A DNA stretch of 64,000 bases, taken from sequence record ON528727; one strand, given 5' to 3'. A program made the translations under genes and the position numbers. Source of the DNA: Shigella phage ESh17. Below, piece by piece: positions 10,218 to 27,520 of the stretch. Positions within the stretch are counted from its first letter, which is position 1, and the number at the start of each line of letters is the position of its first letter. Under the pieces are notes generated by a model. The model did no database searches and was not told where the DNA came from. It was given only the letters and a program-made list of their open reading frames with translations.

Positions 10218-10642
10218 TAGCTTAATCCTAATGCTTTACGGCGTTTAAGAGCTTTTTTACGCTTACGCTGAGCACGAGATTGACCTGCTGGATTGGCAAT
10301 CTTCGTTTTGGTAGCTTTGCGAGCAATTTGTCTACGTTTTGCTTTAGACAGCCCGGTGGTTTGAAATGCATTACGTTCACGCGTCTTGCGGTCTTTAGTA
10401 CGTGTAATTTCACCACGGGCGGAAACATGTTTAACGATAAATTCATTTAGCGGCATATTTTCATTAATAGAAGCTAATGCAACCGCTAAATCAGTTTCAT
10501 CATCAAGCATATTCTCGACAATTGTATTTATATCGTCTTTATTTAAAGCAGAAGACAATTCGTCAAAGCGACCCTGTGCTTCAGGAATAAGTGCTTCGAC
10601 ATTCTCGAGAACTAATTCATGAGTTTCAGGGATCAGAAGCAT
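10217..10642 (-). CDS. 68: gp68 prohead core protein, 141 aa
   Basis: 141 aa, basic C-terminus; position. Confidence 0.7.
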
Positions 10643-10889
10643 TATTCATCATCCTCGTCTTCGTCATCTTCATCAGAGTCTTTGTCTTTTTTGTCGTCTT
10701 TATCATCACTATCTTCGTCTTCGTCATCATCCTCGTCATCAGGTTCTTCACCTTCGATTAAGAAATTACGAGCGATAGCGATTTTTTCTTCTTTAATTAA
10801 ATCAATCGTTCTTGCAGCCATGGCTTCAGCAAATAATTTACGAGCGGCTACGAGGTCGTTTGATTTAATAGCTTCAATTAAACCTTCCA

Positions 10890-10890
<1 letters not shown>
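10642..10890 (-). CDS. 67: gp67 prohead core protein with poly-acidic C-terminus
   Basis: about 80 aa ending in a long D/E run; position. Confidence 0.75.
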
Positions 10891-12515
<1,625 letters not shown>

Positions 12516-12526
12516 TTAAGCAGGAT

Positions 12527-12540
12527 GGGGATTTCTCCCC
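12527..12540 (-). promoter_or_regulatory. GC hairpin downstream of gene 19
   Basis: gggga-tttc-tcccc; no clear U-tract. Confidence 0.4.
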
Positions 12541-12547
12541 ATTCATT

Positions 12548-13039
12548 TTATTCCCAATAATCGAGAGCAAGAGTTACTTCAAATGTTTGGATTTCATTGT
12601 TTGAATCCCAATCTAATTGAAGTTCACCCACGTTAGTAGGCCACAGACCTTTAATTTCAATTTCTTTTGTTACTGTTTTAGCGTCACGAGCATATTGACG
12701 AACGATAGCGCTCTTTTTATACTCTGCAGGTTTTCCACCAGTAATTTCGTTTCCTTGCCCCGCAGCAATGCTTTGCCAATCAACGAACTTCTGGCGAGCA
12801 TCATGAGCTTCATCGTTCATTACTGTAACAGTCCAGTCATCGAATGTACGATCGCCTGCTACGTTAATTTTACGGTTCATAAATCCGACTGGAATTTTTT
12901 CTACAATACCAGCTGGTAGAGCAGTAGCTTTACATTGGAACGTAAAATTTTGTCCAAGATAAGAAATTTCTACTTGGAATAAGTTAGGTCGAGCAAAATC
13001 ACCAGATTCAAACGCTCGTGTTACATCATCTACAAACAT
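12548..13039 (-). CDS. 19: gp19 tail tube protein, 163 aa
   Basis: 163 aa; position. Confidence 0.9.
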   Translation of the reverse strand: MFVDDVTRAFESGDFARPNLFQVEISYLGQNFTFQCKATALPAGIVEKIPVGFMNRKINVAGDRTFDDWTVTVMNDEAHDARQKFVDWQSIAAGQGNEITGGKPAEYKKSAIVRQYARDAKTVTKEIEIKGLWPTNVGELQLDWDSNNEIQTFEVTLALDYWE

Positions 13040-13053
13040 ATTAGCCTCTGTAG

Positions 13054-13061
13054 TATTTATA
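13054..13061 (-). promoter_or_regulatory. late promoter TATAAATA for gene 19
   Basis: TATTTATA 15 nt upstream of the gp19 ATG region. Confidence 0.5.
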
Positions 13062-13112
13062 TCCCTATGTTTAACCTAGGGCATATAGAATTAAAGAATT
13101 AAGGATATAGTG

Positions 13113-13120
13113 TATTTATA
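13113..13120 (-). promoter_or_regulatory. second late-promoter consensus in the 18-19 gap
   Basis: TATTTATA abutting the post-gene-18 hairpin. Confidence 0.4.
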
Positions 13121-13121
13121 T

Positions 13122-13139
13122 GGCCTGCCGAAGCAGGCC
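13122..13139 (-). terminator. hairpin after gene 18
   Basis: ggcctgc-cgaa-gcaggcc 7-bp stem. Confidence 0.5.
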
Positions 13140-13155
13140 TTTAGAATGCACCGTA

Positions 13156-15135
13156 TTAACCTGCAAGACCAGTTAACTCATCGAAATCTGCACCAGTAGC
13201 AGTTGCTACGAAGTTTAAGGTAATGTAGTTAATGCTTCTAGCCGGTTGGATGTAGAATGTTGCAACAAACTCATTTCTATCAATTACTGACGGAGTATTA
13301 TTTGTTGTATCGCAAACTACACGATATTCATAAATTCCACCGAGAGCTTTAATTCCCTGCAAGTATTGGGCAGTTTCTGTGCGGAATGATGAACGAGTAA
13401 ACGCGTTGTTTAATTCGAACAAACGATATTTTGAACTACGTCCGATATTCGTTTTCAACATATTAAACAGACGACGAACGTTAATACGATCAAATGGAGA
13501 AGGAACAGAAGTAGCTGTTTTATCACCATACAATACGTAACCATCACCACCTGTACCAGTTACTGGGTTGATAGCTTCTTGGTATAAACGGTCACGCTGA
13601 GCCTGGCGAGTTTCAATAGCAAGTTTAATAACGTTCAAAATTTGGCCACGATTATAACCAGCTGGAGACATCCAAGTCTGAGATACGTTATCAGTTCTTG
13701 CGCATAAACCAGCAATATCAGCTGCTAATGGAACCCAACGATTCACATCATTATATTTGTCATACTGATATTTGTAGTTGCCGTCGATTGCTGCATAGGT
13801 TGAACTGATATTAAAATTATTATCAGTGTATGAACCTGCTGCAGTTCTCCAATTGACTAAGTTATCAACAGCACGAGTTACAGGAATTCCAACTACAGTT
13901 TCGCGCGGAGGAGAACACAATACTAAGCAATCTTGACGAGCATCCCCGATTGAAACAACATGTTTTTGGACAGTAGATGCTGTTTCTAAAGATTCACCGG
14001 CACAAGAACCCGCAATAAACAGTTGAACGTCAACAGATTCACGGTCAGCAAAAAAGTCCCAAGCTTCCATCAAATCTCCTGCTGTTACTTCAGCATTTGA
14101 TGATAATCCACCAGACAGAGTTAAAATTCCAGAGAAGCCTTCTGGCCAGTTTTGTGCAGTTGCAAAAATATATTCTGAACCACCTTTTGCGAAAAAGTCA
14201 TCGATATAGATGTTACTATCGTAAATATCTTTTTCACCACGCTTAGTTGAAAGAACAACGCTTTGAACAATAGCATCATTACGACGAACTATAATAGCAT
14301 ACTGTGAATCAGTTTGTGGTCCATATCCAAACACTGCTTTAGCAGTAGATGCACGAGTACCACCGCCCGGATAAATTGGGAGTAATGCAGAAGCTCCTTT
14401 TGCGTAGTCAGCTTTAGATACAATTTCAATTTCAATTTTATCGCCTAATTCGCCTGGATAAAGAGCTACTACTCCTGGAATTCCGTATTTTTCGAGATTT
14501 GCTTGAAAGTCAACCGCTGTCATAGCAGCTTCAGCATTTTCAATTTCAGCTAATAAAATACCAGAATCAGTAATAATTTTTCCAAGAGTTATTACTGCGG
14601 CTAAACCAGAGGAAGACGAAGAAATTTCTGCAGTCCAGTTAGAACCTAATGTTGGGTATTCACCGACTTCTTTAGCTTTAGCGATAATTTTTGCAGTAGG
14701 AATATTAATTTTCTTAATTTTTCCATCTGCGTCTACTTCAGTAATTTTACCTTCAGTTTCAATATCATCTGAAACATATTTGACCGTGATTTTATCTCCA
14801 ACTGCATAGTTACTACCTGGGGTAGAAATTGTGTATTCAATATTACCAGCAATCGGAGATGAGTTTTTAGCGGTATCTCTATCAACAGCACGAACTACTC
14901 GTAAGTCATTTCCGTACTGTAAGAAATTCATCGCAGACATAAAATAGTCAGCAGTTTCAGCGGTTGGTTGACCAAAAGTATTAACTAAATCTACTTCATT
15001 TGTAACCTGTTTAATCTGAAAAGCAGGACCCCACTGGAATTTACCGGCCAAAGCTGCTGTACCAGTAGAGTTATTAACCACGGTGCTTTGAACCGTAGTT
15101 TCTTTGAGCTCAATGCCCGGAGATAATAAAGTCAT
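13156..15135 (-). CDS. 18: gp18 contractile tail sheath protein, 659 aa
   Basis: 659 aa; position. Confidence 0.9.
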   Translation of the reverse strand: MTLLSPGIELKETTVQSTVVNNSTGTAALAGKFQWGPAFQIKQVTNEVDLVNTFGQPTAETADYFMSAMNFLQYGNDLRVVRAVDRDTAKNSSPIAGNIEYTISTPGSNYAVGDKITVKYVSDDIETEGKITEVDADGKIKKINIPTAKIIAKAKEVGEYPTLGSNWTAEISSSSSGLAAVITLGKIITDSGILLAEIENAEAAMTAVDFQANLEKYGIPGVVALYPGELGDKIEIEIVSKADYAKGASALLPIYPGGGTRASTAKAVFGYGPQTDSQYAIIVRRNDAIVQSVVLSTKRGEKDIYDSNIYIDDFFAKGGSEYIFATAQNWPEGFSGILTLSGGLSSNAEVTAGDLMEAWDFFADRESVDVQLFIAGSCAGESLETASTVQKHVVSIGDARQDCLVLCSPPRETVVGIPVTRAVDNLVNWRTAAGSYTDNNFNISSTYAAIDGNYKYQYDKYNDVNRWVPLAADIAGLCARTDNVSQTWMSPAGYNRGQILNVIKLAIETRQAQRDRLYQEAINPVTGTGGDGYVLYGDKTATSVPSPFDRINVRRLFNMLKTNIGRSSKYRLFELNNAFTRSSFRTETAQYLQGIKALGGIYEYRVVCDTTNNTPSVIDRNEFVATFYIQPARSINYITLNFVATATGADFDELTGLAG

Positions 15136-15163
15136 TTTTAATCCTCTTTAATATGCTTTAATA

Positions 15164-18304
<3,141 letters not shown>

Positions 18305-18345
18305 GATTTCTCCTAATCTGGGCTTTAATTAGTTTATAATATTTA

Positions 18346-20047
<1,702 letters not shown>

Positions 20048-20059
20048 TTAAAATCCTTT

Positions 20060-20075
20060 GGGGCCTTGCGGCCCC
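20060..20075 (-). promoter_or_regulatory. intercistronic GC hairpin between wac and gene 13
   Basis: ggggcc-ttgc-ggcccc. Confidence 0.45.
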
Positions 20076-20078
20076 ATG

Positions 20079-21542
20079 TTATGCTGGTGATAAAAAGGTA
20101 GAAAGCAATACCCATTCGCCGTCTTTACGAACGTAAGCTTGGCCATCTTTTGGAGCTTCAGGAATATAACCTGCTTCTTGGAGAGCTTGAACATCGCCTT
20201 GTAAAGAAGATATATTGCCTTTAGCTGTATTCACTTCTTGTGTAACTGATGCAATGTTGGTTTCGTTAGCTTTTATTGAATTGGTTAATCCGCGTTCTTC
20301 AACAGTTGAACCATTTGGGTTAGTTCCATTTACTAAAGTATTTAACGCTACAACTTGCCCTTTAATTCCTGTGCTGTTATTACCAATCTCTACTTGTAGG
20401 TTTTGAACATCGTTATTCAAGCCTGAAACAGAAGTTTCAATTGTAGAAACTCGGTTTAAAAGAGACCCAGGAGGAGAAGGTTGTCCACCGCTAGAATCAG
20501 TTCCAACAATTTGGTTTAACCACGAAACATTCGCTCTTAAACCAGATGAAGTGTTTTCACCGACGATTCCATTTAAAGATTCGATTGAAGTTGTATTATC
20601 TTTGATTTGGCCTTTAATACTCGAAGGAATATCATCTGAACCAATAGAAGTTTCAATAACGGTTAAACGCTGTTTAATACCTCCACTTTGATTTAGCTCT
20701 AAATTAATAGATGCAATATTATCAGTGTTTGTATTAACACTAGTAATAATCGAATTATTTCCTGGATATCCTATTGAGGTCTTAATAGCACTAATGTCAG
20801 ACTCAACTGTTGTCTGTTTAGTGTCAATTTCATTTAAACGACTATAAACGTTCTGTGAAAATGATGGTGGTTTCGGTCCAAGCTCTTCGCGAAGATTACC
20901 AACTTCAATAGTCAAAGAACCTACATCAGATTCAATAAATTTTGTTTCTAATTCACTTAAACGTATTCCCTGTGAAGTAATGACATCAGTATTATTAATA
21001 ATGCGATGCTTCATTCCACTACTAGGATTTCCTACAACAGGAAGACCATTAATATCTTGACCGGTGTATTGTCCAAGTTCACGCTTTATCCACAGTAAAT
21101 CATTTCTGATTGTTCTGTATACAGAGTTGGCCTCGGAGTTAAATGGACCAATATCAGCAAGAATGTTGTCAACAGTACTATTAGTTCCATTTAATATTTC
21201 TGTATGTTCACTGGTTAGCGTTTTGAGGTCAGAAATATCCTTTTTATTGATACTTATTTGCGCTAAAGCTTCAATATCACCAGATACATCTAAGATGCCC
21301 TGGATGGTTTTAATATCACTATTTGCGGTTTCTAAAGATGTTTTAAGTATTCCAATGTTTTTATCAAGAACTTCAACATTTCTTAGTACAGAAACTGTAG
21401 GTCTATTCATTGAACCTTCGCTTCCATACTGTGTGTCAGCTCCTAATATTTCTTCGCCGTTTTTAATCCAGGAAATGCGGCTCTGGCCCTCCGCAGGAGG
21501 GCCGTCAACGAATGGTAAGTCATTCAGTACAATATCTGTCAT
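20079..21542 (-). CDS. wac: fibritin (whisker antigen control), 487 aa
   Basis: 487 aa; segmented coiled coil; C-terminal foldon [27 protein letters not shown]. Confidence 0.9.
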   Translation of the reverse strand: MTDIVLNDLPFVDGPPAEGQSRISWIKNGEEILGADTQYGSEGSMNRPTVSVLRNVEVLDKNIGILKTSLETANSDIKTIQGILDVSGDIEALAQISINKKDISDLKTLTSEHTEILNGTNSTVDNILADIGPFNSEANSVYRTIRNDLLWIKRELGQYTGQDINGLPVVGNPSSGMKHRIINNTDVITSQGIRLSELETKFIESDVGSLTIEVGNLREELGPKPPSFSQNVYSRLNEIDTKQTTVESDISAIKTSIGYPGNNSIITSVNTNTDNIASINLELNQSGGIKQRLTVIETSIGSDDIPSSIKGQIKDNTTSIESLNGIVGENTSSGLRANVSWLNQIVGTDSSGGQPSPPGSLLNRVSTIETSVSGLNNDVQNLQVEIGNNSTGIKGQVVALNTLVNGTNPNGSTVEERGLTNSIKANETNIASVTQEVNTAKGNISSLQGDVQALQEAGYIPEAPKDGQAYVRKDGEWVLLSTFLSPA

Positions 21543-23122
21543 TCTTTTACCTTAATTATGTAGTTTAAAGAAATGTTCCATGGACGTGTTTCATTTCCAA
21601 TTAATTCAGGACGATTTAATGTATATTTGGAATTTCGTTGTGATGCCGGGTCAATTTCATATCCGTCATTGGTGAAGTATGAACGGTTATCCCAGTCAAG
21701 TCCTTTACGTGTACCAACAAAATTTGATCTACGGGTATTACCGAATGCTCCAGAATCATCATGCTCACCAAATCCGCCAGCATGTTTATGATAAGACATC
21801 TGTTGTTTCTGTACTTCACCAACATATCCACCAGTACAACCTACACCTAATCTAGGCTTACCAAACTGGTCATTACCATTAACATTTGGATTTGTTAAGT
21901 GAGAGCCACGACCAGAGCCGCGAACAAAAAGACCGCGCATATCAGGTAATCCAGGATTTGATGAACTTCCGCCATATCTTGTTCCAATTCTAGAAGCATA
22001 TAATGGACAATCTGATGCTGAAACAGTTCCGCCATGGCAAAAACGCCAAGCATCACTAGGAAGACTATCAGCGGCCCACATCATAATAGCTCCGACAGGA
22101 ATGGTTCTATCAATTTCATTTTGTGTTACGACACGCTTACCTTGAATATAACCACCGGTCATGTTAACTGTTCCGGTAATATTTGCTCCACCTGAAGCTA
22201 TCGTGAGCGTATTATTAATGCGAAGTGTTCCATTAATCGTTTGACCACCTCTTTGGTGGATAACATCAGCATTCCAAGCTAGTGCTGATGAAGCATCACC
22301 TCCACTCTGTGAGCCGGCAGTTGTAGTTAATTTAACTACGCCTCTCATTGACGTTGTAGAACCACGACCATTAAGAGTTGCGCCAGTAACCGCAACAGAA
22401 GCATTATTAGAGTTAACTTCTGATTGTGTTCCTAATTTAATTACGCCTTTATATTCTTCAGTAGCAGATGAATTCATAAACGTATAAGGAGAAATTGCAT
22501 AGCCTTCTCTTAAAGTTCCCTGACGAACCTGCGCTACTGTTGCTAATTGAACAACACCTTGGTCCGATTCAGTAGCTGTGGTTTCAGAAGGAGCAATTTG
22601 CGCAATTAATTTAATAGCTAACTGCTGTGTTTTTAATGGAGTCATTGCAGTAGTATCATCTGCACCAGCTAATGCTTGCGGTAGAGATGAAATTTTAATA
22701 ACACCATTCGAGGATTCAGTTGAAACTCGTGTTTCAAACGCATTATTAAGAGCAACAGTAAATTTAGCTGGAGTTATAGAAGATTCATTATTAACTCCGG
22801 CAATGGCTTCATCATTGGTTGAATATCTTGTTAATCCGTAAACAGTTTCAGTTGCGTTTGGATATGATAATCTTGTTGCCAACGTTGCTGGTGTAACTGC
22901 TTTGGTATTATTAGTTCCATCTATAACTTCCTGTTCAGTGGCAAGAAATAAAATTCCCTTTGTTGTTGACGATGCATCAGGAACTCCATTTACGCCAGCA
23001 GGAGAAATGGCTGCTATAGCAGCCTGAACATCAGTAATCTCTGGTGGAAAATTCGTATCGGTAGGATCAAATTTTACATAACGAGATTCATTAGAAACGT
23101 GTTGATATGTATTATTACTCAT
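21539..23122 (-). CDS. 12: gp12 short tail fibre, 527 aa
   Basis: 527 aa; position. Confidence 0.9.
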   Translation of the reverse strand: MSNNTYQHVSNESRYVKFDPTDTNFPPEITDVQAAIAAISPAGVNGVPDASSTTKGILFLATEQEVIDGTNNTKAVTPATLATRLSYPNATETVYGLTRYSTNDEAIAGVNNESSITPAKFTVALNNAFETRVSTESSNGVIKISSLPQALAGADDTTAMTPLKTQQLAIKLIAQIAPSETTATESDQGVVQLATVAQVRQGTLREGYAISPYTFMNSSATEEYKGVIKLGTQSEVNSNNASVAVTGATLNGRGSTTSMRGVVKLTTTAGSQSGGDASSALAWNADVIHQRGGQTINGTLRINNTLTIASGGANITGTVNMTGGYIQGKRVVTQNEIDRTIPVGAIMMWAADSLPSDAWRFCHGGTVSASDCPLYASRIGTRYGGSSSNPGLPDMRGLFVRGSGRGSHLTNPNVNGNDQFGKPRLGVGCTGGYVGEVQKQQMSYHKHAGGFGEHDDSGAFGNTRRSNFVGTRKGLDWDNRSYFTNDGYEIDPASQRNSKYTLNRPELIGNETRPWNISLNYIIKVKE

Positions 23123-23778
23123 GCTGTTCTCTCAAAATGATAAAATACTGTAGGAGTCTGCTGATTATCTAAAGTTACAGTTTGTGCGCCTAATAAATTC
23201 CATGTACCATAGCCAGGTTTAGACTCAGAAATAATTTCCTGCGAAATAGTTATTCCATATGTAGAATATGTGCTTAATACATGTTTTTGATTATCTAAAT
23301 AAGTAACTTCTAATTTACTACCATCTGTTGGATGGTCTTTATATGAGTTGATAGCAGTAAATGACGCAATAGCTTCTTGAAGGGCAACACGAACTTTTGC
23401 AACAAACTCAATTGCCGTCATTCCAGTTGTTGCTGAAACTGGAAGACCAAATACTAATACCGTAACAGGAGAACCCGGAGGAAGAGAATCGTCTGTTACA
23501 GTTCCAGAAAATGCCCAATAATCAGTTTGAGAAACACCCTCAGGAGAAACACCAGTTTTATTAGTAATAATTGTACCAACGTCTTTTATAGAAAAATTAT
23601 GAACGTCATTAATAGCTGATTCTACGTTTGGTTCATAAAATCCTTTTGCTAATTGAGAAATTGTCACTGACCCAACTGATTGACGATTCATTACATCTAT
23701 ATTACCAGCTTTAGGTCTAAAACCAAGAAAATCGGCTAAGCGGGAAATAACTCCCGCTTTATTATTAAGTAAACTCAT
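23119..23778 (-). CDS. 11: gp11 baseplate wedge / short-fibre attachment, 219 aa
   Basis: start taken at rc ATG 23776-23778 (MSLLNN...), sharing one nt with the gene 10 stop; ORF-track start 23796 gives 225 aa. Confidence 0.85.
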   Translation of the reverse strand: MSLLNNKAGVISRLADFLGFRPKAGNIDVMNRQSVGSVTISQLAKGFYEPNVESAINDVHNFSIKDVGTIITNKTGVSPEGVSQTDYWAFSGTVTDDSLPPGSPVTVLVFGLPVSATTGMTAIEFVAKVRVALQEAIASFTAINSYKDHPTDGSKLEVTYLDNQKHVLSTYSTYGITISQEIISESKPGYGTWNLLGAQTVTLDNQQTPTVFYHFERTA

Positions 23779-25586
23779 TATGCAATCCTTATCCAACGAT
23801 AAACTGTAATATATGGTTGAATGTTAGTTATTGATGTTGGCGGAGTGTGAGTAGAGTTAGTAGATGCTTTAGCTTCACGGTATTTAGTGTAAATTGGACC
23901 GGATTCATCTGGATCGTATTGACACCCACCAACAATGACTGATCCATTTTCATCAACTATTAGAACTTCTTCATCTGTTTCAGTTGCAGGAAGATTAGCA
24001 TTTTCCAATGTAACAGAAGTAGAACCACCTGTTCCACCTGCAGTATGCGAAGGATTTCCGCCAGAATCTAAATCGTTGTTATTTAGAGCAAAATTCGGAT
24101 CCGAAATATCTTCATTCCATCCAACTAAAACTTTTCCTTGCCCAAATAATTTCCATGAGCCGAATCCCATATATGTAACAGGGTTGTTTGGATTAACAGC
24201 GTTTTCATATATAGTTCCAATAGGATAAATCGTATCAAAGATATTTGAAACAGCATTAAATTCGCGTTGATAAGATTGAACTGCTTCTACATTTGGCCAA
24301 CCAATTTTATCAAAGTCTGTTAAATTTACATCACCGGAAATATCTACTCCTGGTCCTTGCGATACATAGAGATTATCAGTTTCATCAATAATCTCATCTT
24401 TCGTTAATAATGTACCCAAATCATTATTAAACCAGGTGATATTGATAATGTCACCATGCTCAAATACTCTATCGAAATGTAAAATTTCCGGTATGCCGTT
24501 TTCATCAGTTTCAACTGAATAATCGGTATGAGATTGTTCCCAAGTTCCACCTAAAACAGAGCATTCTACTTCATCGTCTGAATCGGCACCAACACAATGA
24601 AATAATGGCATTCCAACTGTGCCAGCCAATTCCTGCAAAATCCCGTTAAAACGAACCTCAAGAGAGTTAGGATTAATAGGTTCTCCTGGAATTAATCCAA
24701 AAGCAGAAAATGGAATTGATTTCATTGTTGATAAATCAGTAACGTAAATGCTTCCTTCTAAAGAAGTTTTTGACGTTAATTTTGAATCTAACACTCTAAT
24801 TTGACGTCTTGTATATGAACTTCTCCACTGTGATACGCCATCCATAAATGTTTCAATTTGAACAGTATCACCAATATTACAAGGCTGTCTTAATCGAATA
24901 TTAAATCCATCAAGAGGAACTAATTCACCTTCGTTTTCGCCCGGAGAGCCAAAATCGCTGTTTTCACTAAATACATCGCCGTAATACAATTCGTTACCAC
25001 GATGTTTTACTCTGATGTTATTTACATTATAACTAGTTCCACGGAAAACATCTAAAAAGTCTGTTTGTCCTTGGACTTCGACTAAAAATTCTTTACGAGC
25101 TACATTACTAATGTCTGAACTGGTAATTTTGTCAATTTGTTTATTTTTGACATATTCCCAACGTCCTGGAGCACAATACACTAGTTCTAAATCGCTGAAT
25201 TGAACATTAATTTCAACTGGTACTGCAGACCCTTTAATCGTATCGCCGGAAGCAGCTACTAGTGTAACTGGGTTGACGTTCCACGTAGCAAATACGTCTC
25301 TAGCTCTAATTACCTTGTTGTAATCATTAACTGTACCCTTTGGAAGATTTATAGTCACTCTTCCAGAAGATGTATTAATAGCGTATGATTTTCCCCATTC
25401 TGCTGTTAATGTTTGTCCTGATGAAGCATTATAAGTTTTCCAGGCACCGGCTGAATATGGAACATCACCATCACCGAGTTCATAATAAAGCTCATCAAAG
25501 TTTTCATTTATTTTTATACCACCTTTACGCAGGTAGTCACCGGTACCATCATCAACAACATTACCGATATTAATATTTTGTTTCAT
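23778..25586 (-). CDS. 10: gp10 baseplate wedge protein, 602 aa
   Basis: 602 aa; position. Confidence 0.9.
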   Translation of the reverse strand: MKQNINIGNVVDDGTGDYLRKGGIKINENFDELYYELGDGDVPYSAGAWKTYNASSGQTLTAEWGKSYAINTSSGRVTINLPKGTVNDYNKVIRARDVFATWNVNPVTLVAASGDTIKGSAVPVEINVQFSDLELVYCAPGRWEYVKNKQIDKITSSDISNVARKEFLVEVQGQTDFLDVFRGTSYNVNNIRVKHRGNELYYGDVFSENSDFGSPGENEGELVPLDGFNIRLRQPCNIGDTVQIETFMDGVSQWRSSYTRRQIRVLDSKLTSKTSLEGSIYVTDLSTMKSIPFSAFGLIPGEPINPNSLEVRFNGILQELAGTVGMPLFHCVGADSDDEVECSVLGGTWEQSHTDYSVETDENGIPEILHFDRVFEHGDIINITWFNNDLGTLLTKDEIIDETDNLYVSQGPGVDISGDVNLTDFDKIGWPNVEAVQSYQREFNAVSNIFDTIYPIGTIYENAVNPNNPVTYMGFGSWKLFGQGKVLVGWNEDISDPNFALNNNDLDSGGNPSHTAGGTGGSTSVTLENANLPATETDEEVLIVDENGSVIVGGCQYDPDESGPIYTKYREAKASTNSTHTPPTSITNIQPYITVYRWIRIA

Positions 25587-26452
25587 TATTGAGCCACCCC
25601 GATTTTCTGCGTAGCGATAACTTTAACTGCTGCTCTCATACCGACAGTTGAAGAACTTATAGTCGCCGTTACGTAATTTTCTTTAATACTAAATGCAATA
25701 TTAGCGATTTCGTCTTCTTCGGTTTCATTCCCAACTCGCATGACAGCATATTCAGAAGAAATGACCTCTGAATTAACAGTATCCACAAGAATATTTATTT
25801 CTGCTGTTTTAATTTTTCTTCCATCTACCGATTGGCATGTAACTAGCAATTTAGCCATATTGTATTCAGTGCGATGAAATAATGGAATGTCAACTGATCC
25901 AGATGTAGAAATATTCCATGTACCTTCAGCTGGTGATTCCTTTTGTCCAAACATACTTTCAATAGAATAATTCCAAACCGATGTAGAATTATCAGATGAA
26001 ATACAGCGTAAAGTTACTTTACTATATGGACTAGTTACTACTAAATTACCTGAAACACCTTTAATTGAATCAATAGCTTGAATTGTCAAAGGATTAGTAA
26101 CTGATATTGATCCATTAGAGTTAATGAATTCGACACAATCGCCGAGTTCGCCTCTTTCAATGATAACTTTAACACCTACAGTAGAGGTATCAATGTCATG
26201 CCTAGTGCCAACTTTTACTGGAGTTGCATACTCTGCAATAGAGTGTTTTTGATAATATCCAGTAGCATGGATAATTTGACCATCTGCTCCGGTGCCATTT
26301 GCTACTGCCATTTTACGTTGATCGCCAAACGCATTATAAATTGCGTTAAAATCACTATTAATTTTATTACCACCGTCGAATAAGATATCACCAGTAGAAG
26401 CGTTACCAATTTCGCCGGTATCAATCAATTTCTTTGGTTCTTGAATGAACAT
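25586..26452 (-). CDS. 9: gp9 baseplate wedge, long-fibre socket, 288 aa
   Basis: 288 aa; position. Confidence 0.9.
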   Translation of the reverse strand: MFIQEPKKLIDTGEIGNASTGDILFDGGNKINSDFNAIYNAFGDQRKMAVANGTGADGQIIHATGYYQKHSIAEYATPVKVGTRHDIDTSTVGVKVIIERGELGDCVEFINSNGSISVTNPLTIQAIDSIKGVSGNLVVTSPYSKVTLRCISSDNSTSVWNYSIESMFGQKESPAEGTWNISTSGSVDIPLFHRTEYNMAKLLVTCQSVDGRKIKTAEINILVDTVNSEVISSEYAVMRVGNETEEDEIANIAFSIKENYVTATISSSTVGMRAAVKVIATQKIGVAQ

Positions 26453-26476
26453 AGCGGTTTCCTTATGAGTTTATAG

Positions 26477-26484
26477 TATTTATA
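26477..26484 (-). promoter_or_regulatory. late promoter TATAAATA for gene 9
   Basis: TATTTATA 25 nt upstream of the gp9 ATG. Confidence 0.55.
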
Positions 26485-26492
26485 AAGAAAAA

Positions 26493-26510
26493 GGGAGCCC
26501 ATGGGCTCCC
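26493..26510. terminator. palindromic hairpin terminator after gene 8
   Basis: gggagccc-atgggctccc perfect palindrome. Confidence 0.6.
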
Positions 26511-26515
26511 TTAAT

Positions 26516-27520
26516 TTAAAATGTAAACAGAATATTGATTTCTTCTGTCTGATCCATTGCCATAATAATAGGTGGCCTATTTTCCATATAAATCATTTCG
26601 CCCGAATGCCTCATTAAATCTTCCGGATCATAATAATCCTTTTCAGCTTTAACATTTGGGTCATTTGGATGAGCTTTAGCTTCAAGAGGATTCGTGATTA
26701 TTGATATTTGTCTAAATCCTTTATTTCCTGGCAATGCAGCTTCAGGAAAATAAACTGAATCTAAATATGCTTTAAAACGGATAGTATTTGCCTTAACACG
26801 GTAAATTAATCCAAAATCATCTTGCTGCCAAGTGAGATTATCTTCATACCCCCATCTAGCCGGGTCTTCTTTTAATTCCTCAGGCCAAGGAACCACGATA
26901 TATTCATTCGTGCATCTATTTATAGATACATCAGGCGGAATCTCAAAAAGATATTCCCAAACATATCCGTCGCCGGGTTCGATTGTTCCTTCCGCGTCTC
27001 CTCGACCTTCAGGAGGAGTCATTGACCTAGCAGAAGGAGTCCATTTTCCACCTAATTTGAGGCATTCATCCTTATCAGTTAAAGATGCTATTGAACACAT
27101 TCCGGTATCAGGAACATCTAAACAACGATACACTAACCAACCCGCGCCTGATTCAGTAGCGTTGTAAGGAGCTGAGTTACACACTACAATATCGTTAATT
27201 CTAAATGTGTATGGATCCGGATATCTAGTATCTCCCCAATCTCTGCGAGGAATAACAGCATCAAGCATTGATGGAAGAACCTTTACTGTTCCCATCATAT
27301 GCGTCCACATGTCAGTTACGCCTAATACAGAATCGGTTGGATAAGGTGGGGCAAAGCCCACCTCATTTTCATTTGATGACCACGGTTCTGATCTTCCAAA
27401 TGTGATAAAGATAGTGTTTTTATCCGGACCACTTCCAATTGAATTATAAAAATTCAACATTTTTTCTGTTCTAAATTTTGAAGTAACTATCGCACGATAG
27501 ATAACACTTGAATCATTCAT
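26516..27520 (-). CDS. 8: gp8 baseplate wedge protein, 334 aa
   Basis: 334 aa; position. Confidence 0.9.
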   Translation of the reverse strand: MNDSSVIYRAIVTSKFRTEKMLNFYNSIGSGPDKNTIFITFGRSEPWSSNENEVGFAPPYPTDSVLGVTDMWTHMMGTVKVLPSMLDAVIPRRDWGDTRYPDPYTFRINDIVVCNSAPYNATESGAGWLVYRCLDVPDTGMCSIASLTDKDECLKLGGKWTPSARSMTPPEGRGDAEGTIEPGDGYVWEYLFEIPPDVSINRCTNEYIVVPWPEELKEDPARWGYEDNLTWQQDDFGLIYRVKANTIRFKAYLDSVYFPEAALPGNKGFRQISIITNPLEAKAHPNDPNVKAEKDYYDPEDLMRHSGEMIYMENRPPIIMAMDQTEEINILFTF